Shown one piece after another: positions 8,116 through 17,355 of a stretch of DNA of 43,319 bases (positions are counted from its first letter, which is position 1; every line of letters starts with the position of its first letter). Source of the stretch: Eubacteriales bacterium (GTDB lineage: Bacteria > Bacillota > Clostridia > Oscillospirales > SIG627); NCBI GenBank assembly GCA_045657125.1, contig JAZOSM010000002.1, positions 1-43,319 of the forward strand, given 5' to 3'. A program made the translations under genes and the position numbers. The notes beneath the pieces were generated by a model. That model was not told where the DNA came from. It worked only from the letters and a program-made list of their open reading frames with translations, and did not search any database.

Positions 8116-8146
8116 GATTTTGAAATGCAATTGAAGACGGCGTTTT

Positions 8147-9412
8147 TTAATTTCTGATTTCAATGGGAGTGGACTCAAGAAGCTGAAAAATGCCTTGGGT
8201 TTTCTGTTCCATAAAGGGGGCGTCAAATCCTTCTGCGGAAACGTTTTCAAATACCACTTTTTCGAAATTGGTACAAATCAAAAGAGGGAAGTCTTCCGTG
8301 TTTTCTTTCTTGGTGATACGGCAGTTTTTCAAAGTGAAGGTAACCTTTTCGTTGGCATCGCCGTGAAGAATTCCTTCTGCATCCAAATTCAAGAAATCAC
8401 AGTTTTCAAAAGCAATGGAGGAAAGACTGCGGTTGCAGCACCATTTATGCTCACCGTCAAATTCCAAACGGAACAAACGGCGAATGCCGTCGAACGAGCA
8501 GTTTCTCACCAAAATATCACCGGGGGTTTTGCGAATCTCCGCGCGGAAATCACAGTAATACAAAAAGGGATTGTGAGCGATGTGACGAGCACTTTCGGTG
8601 GGCAAATGTGAAAACTGTCTTTGGTCTTTCGGGATAGAGCCGCGGAATCCGAAACGGCACGGAGTGGAACGGCAGTTTTCTATCAGCACGTTGTTTCCGC
8701 CAAAACGGAATACACTGCAGGCACTTTGAAAATCGCAGTTTCGAACCGTAACGTCGTGGTTGTCAAATCCTGCAATACAGTCGTCACCCGTGTGAAAAGT
8801 GCAGTTTTCCACGAGAACGTTGTCGCAGGTGCGCACGTCAAAGCCATCGTGACCGCCGTAGACGGAAACGTTTTGCACAACAATGTTTTGACTTTGGAAG
8901 ATGGCGTGTGCCCAGTTGGCACTGTCGATGATGGTATAGCCGGAAAGGGTCAGCCCATCGCATCGCCATACGGAAACGGCGTGAGGACCGCGATAATTTT
9001 CCTCCCCTTCGGGATTATAAACGTTGCGCCCGTCGATGTAAGAGCCTTTTTCACCGGTGATGCTGACGTTTTTGGCATCCAATACGCGGATCAATCCGTT
9101 GCACCAAGTGCTCGTGGCAATGGCGGAACGGGCAACACCCTCGCGATTCTCATCCTTGACAGGCTCGATGGTGTCATTCCAAAAATCGTTGTAATCATCG
9201 GGGTTTTCACTTCCGCGGAGAATAGCGCCGCTTTCCAGATATAATTCTACGTTTGAGCGCAGACGAATGCCGCCTGTGACGAAAATACCGCAGGGAACGA
9301 CAACTCGTCCGCCGCCTGCCAAAAAGCAAGCATCAATGGCATTTTGAATTGCCTTGGTCTGAAGAAAGTCGGATGTGACCGCACCGAAATCCGTTATGGT
9401 AAATACATGCAT
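8147..9412 (-). CDS. Glycoside hydrolase family 28 / pectin lyase-fold protein
   Basis: ITDFGA, TKAIQNAID, GGGRVVVP, LRSNVELYLESGA, HDGFD, TGDDCIA; start at ATG 9412 after GAGG. Confidence 0.85.
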   Translation of the reverse strand: MHVFTITDFGAVTSDFLQTKAIQNAIDACFLAGGGRVVVPCGIFVTGGIRLRSNVELYLESGAILRGSENPDDYNDFWNDTIEPVKDENREGVARSAIATSTWCNGLIRVLDAKNVSITGEKGSYIDGRNVYNPEGEENYRGPHAVSVWRCDGLTLSGYTIIDSANWAHAIFQSQNIVVQNVSVYGGHDGFDVRTCDNVLVENCTFHTGDDCIAGFDNHDVTVRNCDFQSACSVFRFGGNNVLIENCRSTPCRFGFRGSIPKDQRQFSHLPTESARHIAHNPFLYYCDFRAEIRKTPGDILVRNCSFDGIRRLFRLEFDGEHKWCCNRSLSSIAFENCDFLNLDAEGILHGDANEKVTFTLKNCRITKKENTEDFPLLICTNFEKVVFENVSAEGFDAPFMEQKTQGIFQLLESTPIEIRN

Positions 9413-9565
9413 GGCAAACCTCGTTTTGTTTGGATTTTTCTTTATTCTAACACACCCGATTTTTTTTGCAATACTTTTGTCCAAAAAGATTTTTTTTCGT
9501 TGACTTATTTTTTCTTTTTTTGTATAATTGGCTTATAATCTTCATTGTTTGAAAGGATCAAAGCG

Positions 9566-11233
9566 ATGGAAAAGAAATGGTGGCACGAGGCAGTAGGCTA
9601 CGAGATTTATTGTAAAAGCTTTTGTGATTCCAACGGTGACGGAATCGGCGACCTGCAGGGTGTTAAGTCAAAGCTTGGCGTTCTTCGGGATTTGGGTGTG
9701 AACTGTATTTGGTTTGCGCCGATCTATCGTTCTCCTCAGGTTGACAATGGTTACGACGTTTCCGACTATATGGATATTGAACCCGCCTACGGAACTCTTG
9801 AGGATTTCAAGGATTTGCTTGACACCGCCCATTCTATGGGTATCCGCGTGATTATGGATCAGGTTCTCAATCACTCCTCCGATGAGCATTATTGGTTCCG
9901 TGAATCCCGCAAATCCAAGGACAACCCTTATCGCAATTACTATATTTGGCAGCCGCCCCGCGAAGACGGTTCCGAGCCCACGAACTGGGGCAATTATTTT
10001 CACGAGGGAAACGGATCTGCATGGACTTTTGACGAAACCACAGGCGAATATTATTTCCATCAGTATTCGGCAAAAATGCCCGACTTGAACTGGGAATACG
10101 AGCCCTTGCGCCAAGAGATTTATAAAATGCTGCACTTTTGGCTGGACTTGGGCGTGGATGGCTTCCGCCTTGACGTGTTTACCCGCTTCAAGAAAATGCC
10201 CGGTTTCCCCATGAGTACCAAAACTCCCGATCCGAAGCTTGACCGCAAAGGATACGTCGTGGATTATACTATGTGCACCCACGTTCCCGGCATCCACGAA
10301 ATTCTCAAAGATATCAATAAAAACGTATTTTCCAAGAGAGAATGTATGACTATGGGCGAAGGTGCAGGCACCACTTGGGAGCTTGCCCCCGATTATATTT
10401 CCCCCGAGAGAGGGGAGATCGATTCTCTCTACCATTTTGAACTTTCCAGCCGCAGAAGAAGTCAGATTTCTCCCGAGTTGTTCCGTACCGTTCAGAAGAG
10501 ATGGGCAGGGGTTATGGAAAAGGGCGGATGGAATATTCAGTATCTTTCCAATCACGATTCCCAAAGACAGGTTACCTGTTATGGTGACGAAGCCTGGCGC
10601 GTAGAATCCGCAAAGCTTCTGGCTACTTTGACCCATACCACCCCCGGCATTCCCTTTATCTATCAGGGCGAGGAAATCGGTATGGTCAACGTGCGTTTTG
10701 ACTCTATCGAGGATTATAACTGCTGCTATACCTTGGGCGCTTATCAGTCTATGATCGAAAACGGCTACTCCGTAGAGGAGGCTATGGAGTTTATCTCCTC
10801 CCAAAGCCGTGACAACGCCCGTACCCCTTATCAGTGGGATGATAGCGAGAATGCAGGCTTTACCACAGGTAAGCCTTGGCTGAAGGTCAATCCCCGTTAT
10901 AAGGAGATCAACTTGAAAAAGGACCTGGCTTCTCCCGATTCCATTTTCCGTCATTACAGAGCGTTGGCGGATCTGAGAAAGGAGCACCCTGCCATCATTC
11001 ACGGCGATCTGAACTTCTATTTGGAGGATGATGCAGACGTGATCGTCTATACCAGAAAATGCGAGGAAGAAACCCTGCTTGTTATAGCAAACAAATCCTC
11101 GGCAGAGCGTAAGATCACTCTTCCCGCAGAGCTTACCGAAGGAAAGGTGCTTCTTTCCAACCTTGTAAAGGAAAATCCCTTGGCAAAAGAAATGACCCTT
11201 TCTCCTTGGGAAGCAGTTGTTTACAAAATCTGA
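9566..11233 (+). CDS. GH13 alpha-glucosidase / oligo-1,6-glucosidase
   Basis: YEIYCKSFCDSNGDGIGD, DNGYD, VLNH, QYSAKMPDLNW, GFRLDV, NHD, YQGEEIG, SRDNARTP. Confidence 0.92.
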   Translation: MEKKWWHEAVGYEIYCKSFCDSNGDGIGDLQGVKSKLGVLRDLGVNCIWFAPIYRSPQVDNGYDVSDYMDIEPAYGTLEDFKDLLDTAHSMGIRVIMDQVLNHSSDEHYWFRESRKSKDNPYRNYYIWQPPREDGSEPTNWGNYFHEGNGSAWTFDETTGEYYFHQYSAKMPDLNWEYEPLRQEIYKMLHFWLDLGVDGFRLDVFTRFKKMPGFPMSTKTPDPKLDRKGYVVDYTMCTHVPGIHEILKDINKNVFSKRECMTMGEGAGTTWELAPDYISPERGEIDSLYHFELSSRRRSQISPELFRTVQKRWAGVMEKGGWNIQYLSNHDSQRQVTCYGDEAWRVESAKLLATLTHTTPGIPFIYQGEEIGMVNVRFDSIEDYNCCYTLGAYQSMIENGYSVEEAMEFISSQSRDNARTPYQWDDSENAGFTTGKPWLKVNPRYKEINLKKDLASPDSIFRHYRALADLRKEHPAIIHGDLNFYLEDDADVIVYTRKCEEETLLVIANKSSAERKITLPAELTEGKVLLSNLVKENPLAKEMTLSPWEAVVYKI

Positions 11234-11236
11234 AAC

Positions 11237-11278
11237 CAAAGTCTGCAAGATTTTTCTTGCAGACTTTGTCTTTTTTTT
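11237..11278 (+). terminator. Intrinsic terminator
   Basis: CAAAGTCTGCAAGA-TTTT-TCTTGCAGACTTTG followed by T-tract. Confidence 0.8.
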
Positions 11279-11287
11279 AAGAATCGG

Positions 11288-11316
11288 TTGACAAAAATAA
11301 CTTCATCCGATATAAT
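11288..11316 (+). promoter_or_regulatory. sigmaA promoter of tRNA-Gln
   Basis: TTGACA(11288-11293)-17 bp-TATAAT(11311-11316). Confidence 0.9.
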
Positions 11317-11330
11317 AATAGGGTTCATAT

Positions 11331-11406
11331 AGGGATGTAGCCAAGCGGTTAAGGCACCAGACTTTGACTCTGGCACTCGTGAGTTCAAATCTCGCCATCC
11401 CTGCCA
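11331..11406 (+). tRNA. tRNA-Gln (anticodon TTG)
   Basis: Acceptor AGGGATG/CATCCCT, D-arm GCC..GGC, anticodon arm CCAGA-CTTTGAC-TCTGG, T-loop TTCAAAT, encoded CCA; 76 nt. Confidence 0.97.
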
Positions 11407-11442
11407 AAAAATTCGACAAGTTTCAACTTGTCGAATTTTTTT
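11407..11442 (+). terminator. tRNA terminator directly upstream of element copy C
   Basis: AAAAATTCGACAAGTT-TC-AACTTGTCGAATTTTT. Confidence 0.85.
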
Positions 11443-11627
11443 ATCCAAGCCGCAGGCTTGGCATATCATCACGACGCAGTCGTGTATATCATCAAGGGCG
11501 CATTGCGCCCTGGTATCTCATCACGCGCCAGCGTGCATTTCCTGCGGAATTGATGATATACAATGCTTCGCATTGATGATATACCGCAACAAGTTGCGGA
11601 TGATATACACGGCTTTCGCCGTGATTT
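11443..11627. repeat. Hairpin-ladder element, copy C
   Basis: Hairpins at 11445-11461, 11470-11484, 11493-11513, 11522-11535, central TTCC-TGC-GGAA, 11561-11575, 11584-11599, 11608-11623. Linkers CATATCAT/TATATCAT/TATCTCAT then ATGATATA x3. Confidence 0.9.
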
Positions 11628-11779
11628 ATGCAAGAGTTCGAATTCATACGCAAAACTGCTGAAAATATCTTTTTTGATTGATGTGTTCCCTTCGGGAATA
11701 TGATGCCGCTACGCGAATGATGTCACGTTGGATGACGATTCTATTCCGTTTTTTGTGCAGATTGACTGCTTGTTTTTTG

Positions 11780-11808
11780 TTGACAAAGCAAGTTCTTCCT
11801 TATATAAT
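11780..11808 (+). promoter_or_regulatory. sigmaA promoter of large surface protein gene
   Basis: TTGACA-17 bp-TATAAT. Confidence 0.75.
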
Positions 11809-11903
11809 CAAAAACGTATAGGTGTAGTATATATTTACCGATTACGCCAATATGAAATTGCCTTGATAAATGGTTCAATCAACTTGTTCAGGAGGAAAAG
11901 ACA

Positions 11904-14900
11904 ATGAAAAACGCAAAACTTTTTTCGGTTTTAGCGTCCCTGGTTCTTCTCGTCGCTTGTGTTGTCGGTGTGCTTGTATTTGGCACTTCTGCGGCAGATG
12001 AGACGGTTCAGTGGACGATTGACGGCACTACTTATTCTACCATCAAAGAGGCGTTGACCGCTGCCGAGGGCAAAAACTGGGCGGCATCCCAGACCCTTGT
12101 CATTACGGTAGATCCTACAAAATTGGCAAATGAGAGCATTTCTCACGATGCAAACGGCACGGCTTATGCAGGTGGAATTGCTTTTGGTCAGAAAACGATT
12201 TTCCGTGCAGACGGCACCCGTCTGCCCATTACTATCAAGGGTTCTTCTGATCGCGCGGCTTTTACCTTGAATATCACTACCGATACAAAGGTTGCCTGTG
12301 CCAACAACTATACCTTTGAAAATCTGACTTTCCCCATTGGCGCAACCTCTAAAAATACCTATTTTTTTGCAGGATCGGGTGTGATTCGTCTGGAGAACGT
12401 GGCTACCGGCACCGGTGTCCTCGGAAAAATGAGTGGTGATAACTTCACCGCCCGCGCTTTTGACGGTTGGACTGCGGATCATGTTGCCGCAAACGCTTAT
12501 AAGGGAAGCACCAATACCTATACTTCTCCGAAGGTTCTTACTTCGCTTACCATCGGTAATGACGTTGTTTACGTTCACGATGCAACCAAGTGTAATACCG
12601 CCGCCGTTCAAGATTACGACGGATGGGATACTTATGCCGGTGTTACGTTGACCCCTTCCGATATCGTTGCCGAGATTGTTCTTGACGGCGGCAGAGTCGG
12701 TGACTTTGCGGGACGTGTAGGTACGAGCCCCGTTGCAGAATCCATTCAGCGCGTGGAAAAAGGCGCGATTGCAGGTGCTTATTTTGCAAGCAGCGGTAAC
12801 TTTGTAAATGCCACCGCTTATTCCGGAAGAACCCATTATACAGGAAATATTACCATTATCGTCAACGGCGGTACCATTGAAAAGTCCACCAGACTTTTGC
12901 ATACTGCACAGGTAAACGGTAACTATAAGGTGTATTTCAACGGCGGTACTTTTAAAAGCTACGTACAGGTCGGTTACGGTGAGAACGTAATTACCGGTGA
13001 CTACGAGCTTAACGTTACGGGCGGTTTGTACGAAGACACCGCAAATGGTTTCTATGCGCATCCCTCTGCAAGAATTGAAGGAAAATGCGTAGTAAATATT
13101 TCCGGCGGTACTTTTAAGCATTGGTTCCGCGGTACTCATTTGCAGCCTTTCGACGAAGACGGAGCGCCGACCACGTTCAAATCCATTGAGATCAACGTTA
13201 TGCCCAATGCCAAATCTCCTGAATTGGATCCCGTTTTCGAAGGCAATTTTTACGGAAATTATAAAAACGGCGGCACTATTGAAACGATGAAGATCAATAT
13301 CTCCGGCGGTACCTTTAACAGCTTTGTTACAAATACCCACTCGGACGGTGTTGGAACGATTGTCAATACCGTTACCGGCGGTACCTTCAACGGAGCCTTT
13401 TATCCCGGAAAAGTAACCTATGCAGGAGTAATCGGAAGCATTACCAATAAAGTTTCCGGCGGTACTTTTAACGCGGGCTTCTTCGGCAACGGACAGTACG
13501 GAGACGCTTCTCCCTGTCCTACCGTTTTGAATGAGATCTCCGGCGGTACCTTCAACGGCTATTTCTACGGCGGCGGTGAAATGGAGAAATGCTATGCGGA
13601 AACCATTACCAATAAAGTTTCCGGCGGTACTTTCAACAGCTATTTCTACGGCGGTTCCAAAGTTTCGAATTATGCGTCTACCGACGTTATCAATGAGATC
13701 TCCGGCGGCACTTTTGTAAAGGCGTTTCTCGGCGGCAACGTTAGTGGAACCGTAAATAGTGTTACCAACAGAATTTCCGGCGGTACTTTTAGCTCAAACT
13801 TCTATGGAGGCAGTGACGGCGGTACCATCAAAGTCGTTGCGACCGAGGTTACAGACGGTACCTTTGGCGGTATTTACTTCGGCGGCAACTACAGCAGTGT
13901 TACGACAGATATTACCAATACGTTTAAGGGCGGTACCTTTAACAACCTTGTAATGGGCGCAGGTAAGGCTTCCACGACGGGTAACGTAAGTAATACCATC
14001 TCCGGCGGTAATTTCAAAAGTCTCTTTATGGGCGCAGGCGTTCTTTCCGCAGTAGACGGCAACGTTACCAACAACATCAGCGGCGGTACTTTTGCAAAGC
14101 CCGTTTTCGGCGGTGCTTGCAACGCTGCCATTACCGGTACGATTACCAATAATCTGTGCGGTCCCGTTACCTTTACCCAGGGCTTCTGTGCAGTTCACGG
14201 AACCAAAGCAAACGGCGGTTCTACAGGCTCTATCGTCAATCGAATCTATGCGGATGCAAACGGAAAGGCTCCCAAGATTCTGAATCCTCCCGCAAACGAA
14301 GCGGCAGGATCTGTATTTACCTACGAGTCAACGAAATATGACGTAAGCGATACCAACGGATTCTCCTTCCTCGGCGGTACTTGCTACGGTACGATTACAG
14401 GTACCATCACCAATACGGTGGAAGCAGGCGAATTCGGTACTGCAAGCATTGGTATGTTCCACGCAGGAAGCCGTAATTCTGCCATTGGAAAGGATGCAAA
14501 CGGCGTTTCCGTTAACAACCTTATCAAAGGCGGTACCTTCCACTTCCGTTTCTACGGCGGATGTCTCAACGGCACTGCAAGCGGCGAGACTAGAACTGTG
14601 GTTGAGGGCGGTGTTTTTGAGAAAGAATTTACAGCCGGAAACCGTACTATGTCTTCTTATAACAAGCCGATTACGTTAATCATTCGCGACGGTGAATTTC
14701 TCAGCAAGGTTTACGGAACTTATTTCGGCTATACCGCAGATCAGAGTGCCAGGGGTCAGATTTCCTCTAACGTTATGGTGAATATCGAAGGCGGTATTTT
14801 CAGAAACGATATTTACGGTATGGGTAACAACGGTGCCGCAACTGCAACTTACTCCAATGGCAGCGGTATTACATCAGACGGCTCCGTGCTTGTCAATATC

Positions 14901-17189
14901 TACGGCGGTACCTTCTACGGCAGCATAAGTCCCACCAACGAAGCCCCCGTTGAAGCTAATATGCTTGGTACGGCACGCGTTACCGTTGAACCGAAGCACA
15001 GCGACGTGATGATCGGCGGCAAGGTCGTATCTCGCTTTGCGGCAGAAAAGATTTCCGTTGTGGGCGGTGAATATAAGATTCTCGTAAACAGAGACGGCTC
15101 TTTGCAGGCCAATGAATCTGCAGAAGGCACCATTGAAGTGGTGCAGACCGATATGTGGAAAAAGTCTACGTATCTTGCACTTCCTGCAGGTCACACCGCT
15201 ACCGTAAACGCTTCTACTGCAAAAGGCGCTTACGGCTACTTTAAGACAAAGCTCGGTCAGCAGGGCGAGATCATTGAGGTATACGGAGATGCTTTGGACC
15301 TTGGTGCTTCCCTGGTCCTGACCGACCGCATTGCGGTAAAGTTTCAACTGAATAAGGAACTTGTTGATGCAGTTGAAAACTTTACTTATTCCTTTACCTT
15401 GCCTGACGGAACCGTTTTGGCAGAGGGTGATGCAGACGATCTGAAAGATATGATCGAAATGACGGAGTTTGAGTATTATACTCTGACCTTGAAAGCCCTC
15501 GGCATTTCTCAGTTTGATACGCCGATCACGGCGAATATCAAGGGAATCTGGGAGGGTGATACCTTCTCCATTTCCGCCTTGGCTTATGCTGCGGTTGATG
15601 CTTGGGAAGGAAATGATAACTTCGTTTTGATGGCGAAGTCTATTGTAAATATGGCTGCAGCGGCGAAAGACGATACGCTTCCTTACCGGTTGACTCCCGA
15701 TGCCGTTGAATACCAGCGCAAGACTCCTACCAAGGATAACGATGCTCTGATCTCCTTTACCTCCAAGAGTCTTTTGATGAGCAGTGCCGTAGGCGTTCGC
15801 CTTGAGGGTACTGTAGCAAATGCTTCCGATGCGGAAGGTATGATTGTCAAAGTAAACGGAAACAACGTAACGAACAGAGCGCTGATTCAGGTGGAAGGAA
15901 ATTCCGTTTTCGTAGATCTGTTCTTTACCGCTTATGGTATGAGCAAGGAATTCAGCCTTGAAATTCTTGATAAGAACGGAAAGAATTGCTTGACGATGTT
16001 TGAGCGATTGGATTCCTTTGCGGCTTTGTATGGCGCAGACCACAAGCTTGCGGTTTCCCTTTTGTCTTACATTCAGGCAACCGCTGCTATGGAAAAGGCA
16101 ACCTTTAATATGGAAGCGACCGATTCCGAGATCGCACATCTTAACAGCCTTTATGAAGGTGAGACTGTTTACTACGGAGATATCCACGGACATCCCGGCG
16201 GCGGAATCATCGAGGATGGTAAAGTAGATATGTCCGTTTGGGTAGCAGACAGAACTACCATCGGCGTTGACTTCTACACGGCTATGAACCATAAGCAGGT
16301 CGCACATATGTACGACGACGGATGGGACGATACCGTTATGATCGGCGGTTCCGAGCCTGCTACTTCCATTACCAAGAACGGAAAGAAAATTTCCGTACAC
16401 TACAATATGATCGTTCCCAATCCCGAAGCGCTGATTGAGGTTCTTCAGCTTTTCCCCGAGTTTAAATATACCGGCGGAACGGGTGATATTGAACTGAATA
16501 TGGGCACCTTCGGTTATCCCGGATTTACCTACGATCGCTTCAACGAGCTTGTTTCTGCCATTAAAGAGCGCGGCGGAACCGTGGTGAACGTGCATCCCAA
16601 GCAGCAGTACACATCCGACGATCCCTTGGACTACTACTATCAGGATTATATGGGTCTTGAGGTGTTCTACTCCTACACCGACAAGAACATCCACGGCAAA
16701 GATTCCCAGGATAACTACAAGCTCTGGACGGATCTTCTGGCTCTCGGAAAGAGAGTTTGGGCAACTGCAGGTTCCGATAGTCATAATTCGCCCACCAACA
16801 GCGGTCTTACTACCCTTTACGCTTCTCAGCGACTCAATACCAAGTACGTAGAACAGTTGGTTAGCGGTAATTTTGCTCCCGGATACGCAGGCATTCGTAT
16901 GGCAATCGGTGATGCGGAAATGGGTGGACATACCGATTTCGAAGGTAAGAGGCTGATCTTTTCCGTTGGTGATATCCACGATCTGTATCTGTCTAAGACC
17001 CGCGCATACAGAGTCAACGTAATCACCGATCAGGGCGTTGTATTCTCCACCGTAATCGATGGTACCAAGACGAGTTACTTCTCTCTGGACGCTGATGAAA
17101 ATGCGGCATTTTACCGCATTGAGGTCATTGATGAGTCGATTCAGGGTCTGCCCATCGTAGGTCTCGGTAACCCCATCTGGAACGACTGA
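11904..17189 (+). CDS. Large secreted protein: signal peptide, tandem 'NxISGGTF' beta-solenoid repeats, C-terminal PHP-type metallohydrolase domain
   Basis: RBS AGGAGG; signal peptide ending TSA-A; many (I/V)SGGTF..FYGG repeats; C-terminal YGDIHGH, DFYTAMNH, VHP, GLEV, AGSDSH. Confidence 0.85.
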   Translation: MKNAKLFSVLASLVLLVACVVGVLVFGTSAADETVQWTIDGTTYSTIKEALTAAEGKNWAASQTLVITVDPTKLANESISHDANGTAYAGGIAFGQKTIFRADGTRLPITIKGSSDRAAFTLNITTDTKVACANNYTFENLTFPIGATSKNTYFFAGSGVIRLENVATGTGVLGKMSGDNFTARAFDGWTADHVAANAYKGSTNTYTSPKVLTSLTIGNDVVYVHDATKCNTAAVQDYDGWDTYAGVTLTPSDIVAEIVLDGGRVGDFAGRVGTSPVAESIQRVEKGAIAGAYFASSGNFVNATAYSGRTHYTGNITIIVNGGTIEKSTRLLHTAQVNGNYKVYFNGGTFKSYVQVGYGENVITGDYELNVTGGLYEDTANGFYAHPSARIEGKCVVNISGGTFKHWFRGTHLQPFDEDGAPTTFKSIEINVMPNAKSPELDPVFEGNFYGNYKNGGTIETMKINISGGTFNSFVTNTHSDGVGTIVNTVTGGTFNGAFYPGKVTYAGVIGSITNKVSGGTFNAGFFGNGQYGDASPCPTVLNEISGGTFNGYFYGGGEMEKCYAETITNKVSGGTFNSYFYGGSKVSNYASTDVINEISGGTFVKAFLGGNVSGTVNSVTNRISGGTFSSNFYGGSDGGTIKVVATEVTDGTFGGIYFGGNYSSVTTDITNTFKGGTFNNLVMGAGKASTTGNVSNTISGGNFKSLFMGAGVLSAVDGNVTNNISGGTFAKPVFGGACNAAITGTITNNLCGPVTFTQGFCAVHGTKANGGSTGSIVNRIYADANGKAPKILNPPANEAAGSVFTYESTKYDVSDTNGFSFLGGTCYGTITGTITNTVEAGEFGTASIGMFHAGSRNSAIGKDANGVSVNNLIKGGTFHFRFYGGCLNGTASGETRTVVEGGVFEKEFTAGNRTMSSYNKPITLIIRDGEFLSKVYGTYFGYTADQSARGQISSNVMVNIEGGIFRNDIYGMGNNGAATATYSNGSGITSDGSVLVNIYGGTFYGSISPTNEAPVEANMLGTARVTVEPKHSDVMIGGKVVSRFAAEKISVVGGEYKILVNRDGSLQANESAEGTIEVVQTDMWKKSTYLALPAGHTATVNASTAKGAYGYFKTKLGQQGEIIEVYGDALDLGASLVLTDRIAVKFQLNKELVDAVENFTYSFTLPDGTVLAEGDADDLKDMIEMTEFEYYTLTLKALGISQFDTPITANIKGIWEGDTFSISALAYAAVDAWEGNDNFVLMAKSIVNMAAAAKDDTLPYRLTPDAVEYQRKTPTKDNDALISFTSKSLLMSSAVGVRLEGTVANASDAEGMIVKVNGNNVTNRALIQVEGNSVFVDLFFTAYGMSKEFSLEILDKNGKNCLTMFERLDSFAALYGADHKLAVSLLSYIQATAAMEKATFNMEATDSEIAHLNSLYEGETVYYGDIHGHPGGGIIEDGKVDMSVWVADRTTIGVDFYTAMNHKQVAHMYDDGWDDTVMIGGSEPATSITKNGKKISVHYNMIVPNPEALIEVLQLFPEFKYTGGTGDIELNMGTFGYPGFTYDRFNELVSAIKERGGTVVNVHPKQQYTSDDPLDYYYQDYMGLEVFYSYTDKNIHGKDSQDNYKLWTDLLALGKRVWATAGSDSHNSPTNSGLTTLYASQRLNTKYVEQLVSGNFAPGYAGIRMAIGDAEMGGHTDFEGKRLIFSVGDIHDLYLSKTRAYRVNVITDQGVVFSTVIDGTKTSYFSLDADENAAFYRIEVIDESIQGLPIVGLGNPIWND

Positions 17190-17210
17190 GTTGTTTAAGG
17201 AGCGATGAAA

Positions 17211-17351
17211 ATGAAAAAGAACTATGAAACACCGATTCTTAAGACGATTCAGTTTGAGATTGAAGAAAAACTGATGGTGTCCGTTACCGTGCACGATAAA
17301 AATATCGACAACGGCTCGGTAAAACTTCCTTCCGTTAATATTTTCGGATAA
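17211..17351 (+). CDS. Small 46-aa peptide MKKNYETPILKTIQFEIEEKLMVSVTVHDKNIDNGSVKLPSVNIFG (below ORF-track cutoff)
   Basis: RBS AAGGAG upstream, alternative ATG at 17205, TAA at 17349-17351, followed immediately by a terminator. Confidence 0.7.
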   Translation: MKKNYETPILKTIQFEIEEKLMVSVTVHDKNIDNGSVKLPSVNIFG

Positions 17352-17355
17352 AATA

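Noticed and set aside
11364-11576. 70-aa ORF across tRNA and element C (and 11221-11472 on minus strand)
   Set aside because: Overlaps the tRNA and terminator, has no RBS; spurious.
13290-14120. Recurrent TCCGGCGGTAC(T/C)TT DNA repeats
   Set aside because: Explained by the encoded SGGTF protein repeats; not an independent DNA element.
14874-17294. 806-aa antisense ORF
   Set aside because: Shadow of the codon-biased large plus-strand gene; no recognisable motifs.
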